Assembly: GCA_017552705.1 (NCBI GenBank)
Contig: JAFZOY010000156.1
Span: 7,319-71,318, forward strand
Direction of reading: 5' to 3'
Source: Bacteroidales bacterium
Lineage (GTDB): Bacteria; Bacteroidota; Bacteroidia; Bacteroidales; UBA1715
Length of the DNA: 64,000 nucleotides
Made by a program: the position numbers and the translations under genes. Position 1 is the stretch's first letter; each line of letters starts with the position of its first letter. This document shows positions 8,412 to 17,734 of the stretch, piece after piece. Under the pieces are notes generated by a model that was given only the letters and a program-made list of their open reading frames with translations, was not told where the DNA came from and did no database searches.

Positions 8412-9146
8412 TTAAACGGTATCGTATTCTATATGACAAAGACACAACCCGCACGCATCGATTGACTGTCCTGCATTCTGACGGTTTTGGCTGGAAATGA
8501 TTTGGACAAAATCATCAGTGGAAATTTTTCCTCGACCAACATCCAGCAACGTGCCCACTATGGAACGAACCATATTGCGGAGAAATCTGTTAGCTGAAAT
8601 GGTGAAAATCAATTTGTTACCGACTTGTTCCCATTGTGCGTGCGTTACGGTGCATATATTGTTGTTCACATCGGTGTGCAATTTACTGAAACTTGTAAAA
8701 TCCTTTGTACCAATTAAATATGCGGCGGCATTATTCATTTTTTCCACATCCAATGGCGTTGGATAATACAATTCCGTTTCCAAAGAGAATGGATTCTTAA
8801 TTTGCGTAATCGTATAGGTATATGTTCGTTGCGTTGCCGAAAAACGAGCATGAAAATCTGGCGAAACTTCTGTCAATGAATAAATTACAATATCGTCAGG
8901 CAACATTCTGTTCATTTTGTAAAGCGTATCGCGCAACGAAAACGATTGTTCCGTATCGAAATGCGCATAATAATCGGAGGCATGTACCCCGGTATCGGTT
9001 CTGCCAGCCCCAACAATGGCAATTTCCTCGCCGAGCAATTTCGACAGTACCGCCTGAATTGCCTCCTGCACCGACGGAGAATGCGGCTGCACCTGCCAAC
9101 CATTGTACCGTGTGCCATTGTACGCTAAATGAATACAAAATCTCAT
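8412..9146 (-). CDS. truA: tRNA pseudouridine(38-40) synthase
   Basis: MRFCIHLAYNGTRYNGWQVQP....GAGRTDTGVHA (catalytic Asp motif). Start set to MRF at 9146. Confidence 0.92.
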   Translation of the reverse strand: MRFCIHLAYNGTRYNGWQVQPHSPSVQEAIQAVLSKLLGEEIAIVGAGRTDTGVHASDYYAHFDTEQSFSLRDTLYKMNRMLPDDIVIYSLTEVSPDFHARFSATQRTYTYTITQIKNPFSLETELYYPTPLDVEKMNNAAAYLIGTKDFTSFSKLHTDVNNNICTVTHAQWEQVGNKLIFTISANRFLRNMVRSIVGTLLDVGRGKISTDDFVQIISSQNRQNAGQSIDACGLCLCHIEYDTV

Positions 9147-9232
9147 ACGTGCAAATGTAGTGAAACACATCAATATAGAATGAATTGTTAATAAAATTTT
9201 GAAATTGTGATTTTTTATTTGGATAAAAGTTT

Positions 9233-9240
9233 TACCTTTG
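9233..9240 (+). promoter_or_regulatory. -7 box (TAccTTTG) upstream of the SNF2 helicase gene
   Basis: Perfect TAnnTTTG, 16 nt before the ATG at 9257. Confidence 0.4.
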
Positions 9241-9256
9241 TTTCTTGCAAAGAATT

Positions 9257-12136
9257 ATGGAATTTCAATTCGCACTAATATTACAAGAAAGTGAAAACTT
9301 AGGCTGGTTGCTATCGTCCTTTGAAATCAAAAAGGAAGATGGTCGGGAGTTCTTTCAAATCTCGGAATACCTCACGCCTGAGACGAACAAAAAGTATATG
9401 GCGGCACACGAAAAGAAAATTATTTCGCTGTTGTCGCACTGCGAAGAAAGCTCTTTATTCAAGAAATTTGAACGGCAACGGCATAAAAAAGATACGCTGA
9501 AGGATTTTATCTTCAAAATCAAGGAACGCGATAAAAAATTGCCGATAAAGGAACAGAAATTCGACGGATTGATTCGTCCGTATGTTGAAAAACAACTGGC
9601 GGAGGCATTCTTCCTTGCGAAAGAGCACAACGTACCTATATATAATAAAGTACGCGGTGCGAATTTGTATCCAGAGGACAAAATCGACATCAACGAACAA
9701 GATCCCGACGTAACGTTCAACTTCAACCGAACGCCCGAAGGATTGGAACGGAGTGTGACAGTGAAAATTGGTTCCACCGAGTTGAAACTGTTCAAACAAC
9801 CATTCATTATTTTGTCGAACTCGCCAAGTGTCATCAAAATCGGGCAGAAATTCTATTCATTCCCCGATATTGACGCGAGCAAACTCAAAATTTATTTTAC
9901 GGTAGAGAAACCTACCACAAGTTTGTCGTACCTCCAACAAACATTCGATGGTTTTGTGCTGAACTGCATTAGGAACCACAATGTTACCGTGCGCGGATTC
10001 GAGTTAAAAGACGAATGCCTGCGGCCAAAAATCTCGGCAGCGGTGGGCAGAAATCTCCAAGGCGTGGCGAATGTGGAATTCTGTTTACAATATCGTTCGT
10101 GGAAAGTCCGCAGTTTTTCGGAACCGAGAGAATACGAAGTTGATTATCAGAACGTTGGCGGAAATCCAAAATACACCCGCTTGCTTCGTAACCGTGAATT
10201 TGAAAACACGTTCAAAAAAGATATTGAACAAGCAGGATTGGTTGAATCCAATGGGTTATGGTACACACAAGACACCGAAGGAGATAGCTATTTCTCTGTG
10301 TTACAATGGATTCAAACGCACAAACAATTATTTGACTCGTACGATGTGGAATTGTTCGACGAATCAGACCAAAAAATCCAGAACCTTCAGGCAAAACTCG
10401 AAATGGAGGTTGTTTCGGATTCCATCGACTGGTTCGACGTACATGCGGTAGTTACATTTGGCGAATATAAAATTCCATTCAAAAAACTTCGGAAAAATAT
10501 TTTGAACGAAGACCCTGTGGTGCAACTACCTAATAATCAAATAGGTATAATACCAACCGAATGGTTTGCGAAATACAAGGAATTGTTTTTGTTCTCGACG
10601 AAAAACGGCAACCCCGACTATTTCTCGGTAAAACTTGTCCACTACAAGACAATCCAACGTTTGCCTGTGAAATTGTCGGACGCAATGAAAACCCGTCTCA
10701 TGCACATAGAGACCAACGGGTTGCGCGACAACGAGGTTCCGAAGGAAATCAAGGCAAAACTTCGTCCATACCAAGTGGAAGGTTATCGCTGGCTGTGCTT
10801 CCTCCACGCCAACAATTTCGGAGGTTGCCTTGCCGACGATATGGGATTGGGAAAAACGCTCCAGACTATTTCGTTGATACAAAAGGTTCTCAATATTCAA
10901 AAAGAAGGCGGACAGCACAAAACAAGTTTGATTGTTTCCCCTGCCTCGATTGTATATAACTGGTACAACGAATTCGAAAAATTTGCACCAGGCATCAAAG
11001 TTTTCAAATATATCGGCAACGAACGAAACCGCTCGTTCTCGTATTTCGACGAGTACGATGTGATTTTAACAACCTATGGTTTGCTACGCAACGATATCAC
11101 AAGTTTTGAAAACTACGACTTTTATTATATTGTTCTCGACGAAAGCCAGATGATAAAAAATCCTGGCTCGAAAATCTACAACAGCGTATTGAAACTGAAG
11201 TCCGACAGAAAATTGTTGCTGACGGGTACACCTATCGAAAACACGTTGACAGACCTTTGGACGCAGCTGAATTTCGTGAACCGCGACATGTTGGGTAGCT
11301 TGAAGTTCTTCAAGGAATATTTTGTAAAAGGCATTGAGCGACACGATGAGAATGTGATTTCACAGCTGAAACGAATCATCAAGCCATTCATTTTCCGTCG
11401 TGAAAAACAAGAAGTTGCGAAAGATTTGCCACCATTAACCGAACAGGTTCGTTATTGCAAGATGTCGGAAGTTCAGGCAAAACTATACGAAACCGAGAAA
11501 TCGAAAGTGCGCAATATGATTTTGGACTCAATCGAACACGATATGTTCCAAAAGTCAACAATCAACGTACTTCAGGCGCTCATGCACCTACGGCAGTTGG
11601 CGAACCATCCGCACTTGGTTGAAGGCATGCACGGTAGTTCGGGTAAATTCGACGAAGTTCTGCGTATGCTTCCGAACATTATCCACCATCATAAAGTACT
11701 GATTTTCTCGTCGTTCGTACGGCATTTGGATTTATTTAAGGAACATTTCAAGAAAGAAGGCTGGAAATATGCCTACTTGGTTGGAAGCACCTCGAACCGT
11801 GAAGAAGTCATCAAAAATTTTCAGGAAGACGATGAGTGCAAATTGTTCCTAATCTCGATAAAAGCAGGTGGTGTGGGACTCAATCTTACGCAGGCCGACT
11901 ATGTGTTCATCCTTGACCCATGGTGGAACCCTGCCGTTGAAAATCAAGCAGTTAGCCGTGCGCACCGAATCGGACAGACCAACAATGTAACAGTATATCG
12001 GTTCATTTCGGAGAACACAATCGAAGAAAAAATCCAAAAACTGCAACAACGCAAATCCATGCTCGTTTCCAACTTCGTTCCCGACGAGCAAACAATTCCA
12101 TTCACACAGGAAGAAATTTCATTCTTGGTGGAATAA
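9257..12136 (+). CDS. SNF2-family DNA/RNA helicase with long N-terminal SNF2-associated region
   Basis: LRPYQVEGYRWL, LADDMGLGKTLQTI (motif I), VLDESQMIKN (DExx), LLTGTPIEN, GGVGLNLTQADYVFILDPWWNP, QAVSRAHRIGQ (motif VI). Confidence 0.9.
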   Translation: MEFQFALILQESENLGWLLSSFEIKKEDGREFFQISEYLTPETNKKYMAAHEKKIISLLSHCEESSLFKKFERQRHKKDTLKDFIFKIKERDKKLPIKEQKFDGLIRPYVEKQLAEAFFLAKEHNVPIYNKVRGANLYPEDKIDINEQDPDVTFNFNRTPEGLERSVTVKIGSTELKLFKQPFIILSNSPSVIKIGQKFYSFPDIDASKLKIYFTVEKPTTSLSYLQQTFDGFVLNCIRNHNVTVRGFELKDECLRPKISAAVGRNLQGVANVEFCLQYRSWKVRSFSEPREYEVDYQNVGGNPKYTRLLRNREFENTFKKDIEQAGLVESNGLWYTQDTEGDSYFSVLQWIQTHKQLFDSYDVELFDESDQKIQNLQAKLEMEVVSDSIDWFDVHAVVTFGEYKIPFKKLRKNILNEDPVVQLPNNQIGIIPTEWFAKYKELFLFSTKNGNPDYFSVKLVHYKTIQRLPVKLSDAMKTRLMHIETNGLRDNEVPKEIKAKLRPYQVEGYRWLCFLHANNFGGCLADDMGLGKTLQTISLIQKVLNIQKEGGQHKTSLIVSPASIVYNWYNEFEKFAPGIKVFKYIGNERNRSFSYFDEYDVILTTYGLLRNDITSFENYDFYYIVLDESQMIKNPGSKIYNSVLKLKSDRKLLLTGTPIENTLTDLWTQLNFVNRDMLGSLKFFKEYFVKGIERHDENVISQLKRIIKPFIFRREKQEVAKDLPPLTEQVRYCKMSEVQAKLYETEKSKVRNMILDSIEHDMFQKSTINVLQALMHLRQLANHPHLVEGMHGSSGKFDEVLRMLPNIIHHHKVLIFSSFVRHLDLFKEHFKKEGWKYAYLVGSTSNREEVIKNFQEDDECKLFLISIKAGGVGLNLTQADYVFILDPWWNPAVENQAVSRAHRIGQTNNVTVYRFISENTIEEKIQKLQQRKSMLVSNFVPDEQTIPFTQEEISFLVE

Positions 12137-12293
12137 CGCCCAAAAACGCATTAATCCCCGTTCATGGGAAGTTTACATGTTTTAAACATAAAAGCATATC
12201 GAAATTGAGAGACGAAAGTTGAGAGAATATTTCCTTGCTAACCATGCAGTCTTTTGACTTTTTTCGGACTTTATAAGTAAAGAAAGAAAGGTT

Positions 12294-12301
12294 TATATTT
12301 G
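12294..12301 (+). promoter_or_regulatory. -7 box (TAtaTTTG) upstream of the first lipoprotein pair
   Basis: Perfect TAnnTTTG, 38 nt before the ATG at 12340. Confidence 0.4.
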
Positions 12302-12339
12302 TTAGAAATTAATGGTGTAACCTATAAATTATTATATTT

Positions 12340-12855
12340 ATGAAAAAAATAATTGGATTTCTTGCGTGTTTGATTTTACTTGCTTCGTGTCAGGAAAAAG
12401 GTGAAACATTTTATGAATGCTCTTTTATTTATAAATATAAAAATCCTGAATATCGGAAGTTATGTTATGTAGGTATGTCTAAAAATGACGAAAACAAAAT
12501 AGGCATGCATGTCAGACCAATTGATACATTATACGAGGAGTCCGTGGAATTGGAGAATGGTTTCGTCTTGGATAATGGTGGGTATGTTTATAGTTCTGAA
12601 TCAAAGAGTATTGTTTCGATGGTAAGCTCTTCTACCTTTGGATTGCAAACCGCAATTTCAAGTATTTCACGAGTTGATTATGAACAGGGCGATGATAAAA
12701 GTTTCAAGAAAATAGATGATAACATCATAGATAAAGATCCCTTTATTGAATTTTACAGAGGTCCAAAACACGATGTTACTGATAGTGCCTTTTTTAATGA
12801 AATAATCCGAAACAATCAATCATTCTCTGATTATGGATTTGTTAAAATGAAATAG
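12340..12855 (+). CDS. small lipoprotein, divergent member of an unrecognised paralogous family (L1)
   Basis: Lipobox LILLASC. Shares IIDKDPFIEFY and a degenerate C-terminal block with 12896-13432, 55851-56441 and 56522-57076. Confidence 0.7.
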   Translation: MKKIIGFLACLILLASCQEKGETFYECSFIYKYKNPEYRKLCYVGMSKNDENKIGMHVRPIDTLYEESVELENGFVLDNGGYVYSSESKSIVSMVSSSTFGLQTAISSISRVDYEQGDDKSFKKIDDNIIDKDPFIEFYRGPKHDVTDSAFFNEIIRNNQSFSDYGFVKMK

Positions 12856-12895
12856 TAAAATGTATTGTGTAAAACCTTTCTAAAAAATTAAAGAT

Positions 12896-13432
12896 ATGAA
12901 AAAAATAAGCATTTTTCTATTGGTTGCAATTATTATGTTAGCAGCGTCGTCGTGCGAAAAAAAATTCGGTGATAGCGAGCCTAACCATGGAATGTTATTA
13001 AAATTTAAAAATGAGGAATATGCGAATTATCTCTCATTTTCTTATTCTGAGGAAAAGAGTATGGTGGTTGGTTATCCCAGTCCTTCAGATGCGTATTCTT
13101 TAAGTTCAGATCCTAATGCAAAATGTCCTAATGGATATTATATTAGAATGGGGATATTTAACGCTAATAATCATGTACATGACTGTTATACTGACATTAC
13201 TGTCGAAGAATATGAAGATATTTGGGAGGTAACAAAAGACAAAGATATTCGGGACACATTAACATCTCGTGTGATAGATCGGGATCCCTATGAAGAACTA
13301 TATGATTTTCCAGAATCTGTTTTTTATAGACATTTGCCTGAAGGTGGCTGTAGTTTAGACATCGACAAAATCAACGAACTGATAGAATCCGGCGAGTTTT
13401 TTACGCATGAAGGGGTTGAGAGGGTAAAGTAA
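12896..13432 (+). CDS. small lipoprotein of the same paralogous family (L2)
   Basis: Lipobox LAASSC. RVIDRDPYEELY and C-terminal DIDKINELIESGEFFTHEGVERVK, almost the same as the C-termini of the two genes at 55.9-57.1 kb. Confidence 0.75.
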   Translation: MKKISIFLLVAIIMLAASSCEKKFGDSEPNHGMLLKFKNEEYANYLSFSYSEEKSMVVGYPSPSDAYSLSSDPNAKCPNGYYIRMGIFNANNHVHDCYTDITVEEYEDIWEVTKDKDIRDTLTSRVIDRDPYEELYDFPESVFYRHLPEGGCSLDIDKINELIESGEFFTHEGVERVK

Positions 13433-13484
13433 ACGTGTTTCACAGTTTTCAAAAAGACAATCCCAAACGGGTTGTCTTTTTTGT

Positions 13485-14033
13485 TTATTTTCCTCTGCCG
13501 TTCACTGCCGAGAGAATCAAACCTTCCTTGGGTGGCAAACTTGTTTTCACAAAAAAATCAATTTTCTCAGAATGTTCTTGCAGAATCTTTTCGTGTTCAA
13601 AAAGTCGTCTATCTATTCTATCTTCAACGTATTGCAACCGTTGATTCACCGAATATCCCCGTAGCAGATAGTCTTTCAGGATTTTGTTTGCCCATTGGCG
13701 GAACAATGTACCTTGTAAAGATTTTACTCTATAACCGACTGAGATAATCACATCAAGATTGTAATGTTTGATAAATCTCTGTATCATGCGAGAGCCTTCT
13801 TTTTGAACTGTCAAGTATTCCTTGACAGTTGACTGAACGTCAAGTTCTCCTTCTGTGTAGATATTGTTGATGTGTAAACTAATGTTTTGTTTTGAAGAAT
13901 TAAACAGCTCTTTCATCTGCTGTTGCGTCAGCCACACGGTGTCTTCGTCTAACCTAACTTCCAACGACACCGTTTCATTGGGTTGATACAAGATTATTTC
14001 ACTTTTCGGATAAGAATCCATTTTGTCTTCCAT
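13485..14033 (-). CDS. RhuM-family (virulence RhuM-like) protein, probably C-terminally truncated
   Basis: VWLTQQQMKELFNSSKQNISLHINNIYTEGEL, YNLDVIISVGYRVKSLQGTLFRQWANKILKDYLLRGY are hallmark RhuM motifs. The protein stops shortly after FFVKTSLPPKEG, where full-length relatives continue for roughly another hundred residues (from memory, unverified). Confidence 0.6.
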   Translation of the reverse strand: MEDKMDSYPKSEIILYQPNETVSLEVRLDEDTVWLTQQQMKELFNSSKQNISLHINNIYTEGELDVQSTVKEYLTVQKEGSRMIQRFIKHYNLDVIISVGYRVKSLQGTLFRQWANKILKDYLLRGYSVNQRLQYVEDRIDRRLFEHEKILQEHSEKIDFFVKTSLPPKEGLILSAVNGRGK

Positions 14034-14155
14034 AGCTCACTACTTTTAAAATTGGTTGCCCAAAGATATAGATTGTTTTAAAACAAACTGCAAAATGTTT
14101 GCAACTTGTTGAAAAGTTGTTTATATTGGTGCCGATTTTCTAAAATGCGGTATTG

Positions 14156-16141
14156 ATGTACATATTCCGACATATAACTACAATTGTTTGTGTTATCGTA
14201 GGATTGTCGATTGTGGCTGAGGCTCAGGTCGATACAGCCGAAGTGTATCATAATTCCCGCCGTGTGCCCATGTGGCAGACACGAAATGTAGAGAAATTGT
14301 CGGACGCATTGGCAAAACCATGTTCCAACGACGAAGAAGTTGTACTTGCCTACGCTTACTGGATTTGCAAAAACATAAAATACGATTATTCGGAATACGA
14401 GAAACGTCCGGCAGAGTCAAAGTCAATAAAGAAAATACTACGTAAGAAAAAAGCCCTGAGCGACGGCTACACAAAATTGTTTGTGGAAATGTGCAACCGC
14501 CAGCATATTCCCGCGATTTATGTGCCAGGCTACGCCAAAGACTACGACTACGTGGCGGGCGACACGCTCTACCGCGCTGAATACGCATGGGCGTTGGTGA
14601 AATTAGGCGACGAATGGAACATAATGGACTTGACAGCGGCGGCAGGCAAGGTTGTAGAAATTGTTACCCCAGTGTCGAAAGCATTGTGGACACTGTTTAA
14701 AATCCCCTACTCGTCCCATTTAGTGGCGGTAAAGGAGTTCTCGCCATCGTATCTGTATGTAAACCCTATCACCCATGCGAAACGGCATCTGCCAGTCACC
14801 GACATGTTCCAGTTGATGCAGTACCCAATCCCAATTTCGTACTATATGGCAGGCGATTCGGCCATGAATGTGTATATAGAAAAATTCCCCGGCATACAAT
14901 TGAACGATCCCCGCCTCGATGAATTTTCGGAAAAACCATTGACGGACAAGAATTTGTATTTTGCCGACAACGTAATGCTAACAAACCGCGACTGCCACTA
15001 CACTCAGGCGCTATACTATTTCTATGCCGTAAAAATGTTTTTCAATACATATTATATATCGGAAAAAGGAAAAATCTTTGCCCCGCTGGAAGAATCGAAA
15101 AAAGCGATGGAATATGCACAGTTGGCGGATTCACTGTTTACAATCGCCACGCAAAACAACGTGCACGAGCAAACATCAAAACAAGCGCGAAGCGAATATT
15201 GGAAACGGAATCTTGTGGAGTCAAACAAACTGTTAGCCATGCAGTTAAGCACACAAAACAAAGTAAATTCCCAGCAAATCCGCTCACTTGGAAAAATCCA
15301 ATCACAGAATAAAAAAATCCAATCGTACATTGCGAAATATCAAAACAAATACGTGTTACGCGACATTATCGACTTGCCCAAACCGATGATTCAAAACAAG
15401 GATTATTTGGAGGAAGGCACACAAAAAATCAACCAATGCATCAGTTTGTCGGAGGAATGTGCGGAAATGCTGCACGAATACGATTCGCTGATGATGCCGT
15501 TGCGTGGCGCAAAAATCGACTCTGTTTATAAACAGCAACAAAACGCTTCGCTGCTGTGCAACCAAGAATTAGAAAGCCTTTCGCGTTACCTCGACAGAAA
15601 AGGCAGTAACTTGTCGTTAGTGTATTATTCCGACAAATATGTGTTCAAGAAAAGTTACTTCGAAGTGTTTGCGAAAGTTGGCGACATCAACGAAGAATAC
15701 ACCGACCCCGCAATCGAATTCATTTCCGAAAGGATTCCACAAGTTTATGAGATTATCCAACGATATGTCACAACAACAATCGAGTCGCTGAAACTCCTCA
15801 AAGAAGCAAAGGTTATACTGGCGAACGACTACGGGGAAGACGACATGTACGAAAAAATCGCATTGAATTTCAACAAACAGTTGACGATTTTCTCAAAACA
15901 GATCGAGGACGTCACCACGTTCAACACAAACATGACCGACCGTTTGAACGAAGATATGGAAATATACAAGGATATTGTGAAAATGTTGCAAAACGACAAT
16001 TCTATTGAAAGTTATCGCCACAAGGAATACATGGACTATAGGAAAAGTCTGAAACAAGCTGAAAATGATAAGGTTAAATATTTCCAAGAAACACTTAAAA
16101 ACTATCAAAAGTTGATAAGTAAAGCCGTTAACGGCAAATAA
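14156..16141 (+). CDS. secreted transglutaminase-like domain protein with long helical C-terminal region; catalytic triad apparently substituted
   Basis: Signal peptide. Core KKALSDGYTKLFVEMCNRQHIPAIYVPGY ... AEYAWALVKLGDEWNIMDLT matches the transglutaminase-like core (G.C.GY...GIPAR.V.GY...HAW..V....W...D.T), but with Ser for Cys and Tyr for His. Confidence 0.65.
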   Translation: MYIFRHITTIVCVIVGLSIVAEAQVDTAEVYHNSRRVPMWQTRNVEKLSDALAKPCSNDEEVVLAYAYWICKNIKYDYSEYEKRPAESKSIKKILRKKKALSDGYTKLFVEMCNRQHIPAIYVPGYAKDYDYVAGDTLYRAEYAWALVKLGDEWNIMDLTAAAGKVVEIVTPVSKALWTLFKIPYSSHLVAVKEFSPSYLYVNPITHAKRHLPVTDMFQLMQYPIPISYYMAGDSAMNVYIEKFPGIQLNDPRLDEFSEKPLTDKNLYFADNVMLTNRDCHYTQALYYFYAVKMFFNTYYISEKGKIFAPLEESKKAMEYAQLADSLFTIATQNNVHEQTSKQARSEYWKRNLVESNKLLAMQLSTQNKVNSQQIRSLGKIQSQNKKIQSYIAKYQNKYVLRDIIDLPKPMIQNKDYLEEGTQKINQCISLSEECAEMLHEYDSLMMPLRGAKIDSVYKQQQNASLLCNQELESLSRYLDRKGSNLSLVYYSDKYVFKKSYFEVFAKVGDINEEYTDPAIEFISERIPQVYEIIQRYVTTTIESLKLLKEAKVILANDYGEDDMYEKIALNFNKQLTIFSKQIEDVTTFNTNMTDRLNEDMEIYKDIVKMLQNDNSIESYRHKEYMDYRKSLKQAENDKVKYFQETLKNYQKLISKAVNGK

Positions 16142-16213
16142 AATGTGATTTTTACGTTCAAAAATTTTGTAAACTGCCGAAAAACGCCTATTTTAGCATA
16201 TTAAAACTGTTGT

Positions 16214-16906
16214 ATGAGAAAATTTATTCTAATTATAGCAATTTTGATGTGTGGTTTTTGTGCTTCGGCGCAATTATCACGTATTCTATTTTTCTCTGCA
16301 GGATACAGTTTTCTAACCGATGTGGCTGTTTCCGAATCGGCGATAGTTGACACATTCGACACAAATTTGAACCACGAATGCCAGGAATCCTTCCAATCGG
16401 TGCAATGGAATTTTGTGAGCGGTATGGTTGGCGCACGGTTGATGGTGCTTCCGCTTACGATGAATTCCTCCATCACAGTTTCAGCCACACCGACGGTGAA
16501 TATTGGCGCGATTTATCCGGTACACGATTTAGGTTCACGATATGGGATGAATGTAACAGTTCCTGTTTTTGCCGAACTTAACCTTGGAGCAGGAGCCCGC
16601 TATATTTCCTCCGCCGACATAGGTTTTGTGTTCGGTTTGGGCTTTGAATATTTCTGTTCGCCCCTTTTGTCGTATGCGTTGACAGACTCTGATTATGACA
16701 ATGCAGATTTCATAAAATCGTGGATTTTACCGACTGCAAAAGTGGGTTTTCGGTATTGGTCGAAAAAAAATAAGGTAAAAGAGATTAATTTGAAGGTCGG
16801 ATTTGGTGAAAAAGGAAAAGAATTTTATACCTTTGACTCTGGAATTTCAAAAGAGTATCGTCCAATACATATTGGATTATCCTTTATGAAAGTATTAAAT
16901 TATTGA
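16214..16906 (+). CDS. small outer-membrane beta-barrel-like protein (paralog 1)
   Basis: Signal peptide MRKFILIIAILMCGFCASAQ, alternating hydrophobic pattern, GFVFGLGFEYF, C-terminal ...SFMKVLNY (aromatic terminus typical of OMPs). Confidence 0.55.
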   Translation: MRKFILIIAILMCGFCASAQLSRILFFSAGYSFLTDVAVSESAIVDTFDTNLNHECQESFQSVQWNFVSGMVGARLMVLPLTMNSSITVSATPTVNIGAIYPVHDLGSRYGMNVTVPVFAELNLGAGARYISSADIGFVFGLGFEYFCSPLLSYALTDSDYDNADFIKSWILPTAKVGFRYWSKKNKVKEINLKVGFGEKGKEFYTFDSGISKEYRPIHIGLSFMKVLNY

Positions 16907-16930
16907 AGTTTTACGTAAATTTATATAATT

Positions 16931-17677
16931 ATGAAGCGAATTTTTCAACTAGTAGTTTGCCTAAGTTTAGTTTCAAGTGTTGCGTTAGCAGGTCATGGTG
17001 GCATTGGCGAGCGTTTCTTCTTCCAAATTGGAGGAACTGTGGGAGCCGATGTAATGCAGATGACTGGTATGTTTTATAATGAGAAAAATGCAGGAAACTT
17101 GGATGATCTTCCAATAGAAAACTTGAACGTGAACTTAGCGACTGTGGCATTTGTCGGACGTGTGAATCTCCTTGAGTTGTCGAACAATTCATCTTTAAGT
17201 TTGGCTTTCCGTCCAGCTGCAAGTATCGGTCGTTCAATCAACGATTTTGGTGGACCAAGCACAATGTTGCGTTTGCCATTCACTTTTGATTTCAACTCTG
17301 GCGCGGCAGCAACAGTTTCAACCCGTGCGAAAACAGGTTTTGTATTTGGTATTGGTGCTGAATTCATCTCATATCCTGCACTTGGCGACGGTGTAACAGT
17401 ACAAAAAACATATGTTGGTCAAGGTGGTGGACAACAAAGCAACGAAAACTTCATAAACATGAAGGCTTCTTGGATTCAACCAGTTGCCACATTTGGTATC
17501 CGTTTCTTCGGTAAGAACTATTCTTGTCGTGAAATCAACTTCAAAGCGTGCTACAAAGCTGCAGGAAATGTTGACAACAAGAGCGTGGTTGATAATGCAG
17601 CCAATCCATACGCAACAATCGGTGACTTCAAAAACATGGGATTGATGCTTTCATATATTCAATTCTTGAATTACTAG
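16931..17677 (+). CDS. small outer-membrane beta-barrel-like protein (paralog 2)
   Basis: Signal peptide. GFVFGIGAEFI parallels paralog 1. C-terminal ...SYIQFLNY. Confidence 0.55.
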   Translation: MKRIFQLVVCLSLVSSVALAGHGGIGERFFFQIGGTVGADVMQMTGMFYNEKNAGNLDDLPIENLNVNLATVAFVGRVNLLELSNNSSLSLAFRPAASIGRSINDFGGPSTMLRLPFTFDFNSGAAATVSTRAKTGFVFGIGAEFISYPALGDGVTVQKTYVGQGGGQQSNENFINMKASWIQPVATFGIRFFGKNYSCREINFKACYKAAGNVDNKSVVDNAANPYATIGDFKNMGLMLSYIQFLNY

Positions 17678-17697
17678 TTAATTTTGTAAATAGTGAA

Positions 17698-17727
17698 ATG
17701 CCGAGCGTTTGCCCGGCATTTTTTTTG
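17698..17727 (+). terminator. rho-independent terminator after the transglutaminase-like/beta-barrel operon
   Basis: Hairpin atgccg-agcgtttgcc-cggcat followed by a run of 8 T. Confidence 0.7.
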
Positions 17728-17734
17728 TCTTGAT

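Noticed and set aside
9257-12136. SNF2 helicase as part of a DISARM/BREX-like defence system
   Set aside because: No methyltransferase, PLD/nuclease or other partner genes are adjacent. It is flanked by truA, and its N-terminal region looks like the usual bacterial SNF2-associated extension, so a housekeeping remodeller is more likely.
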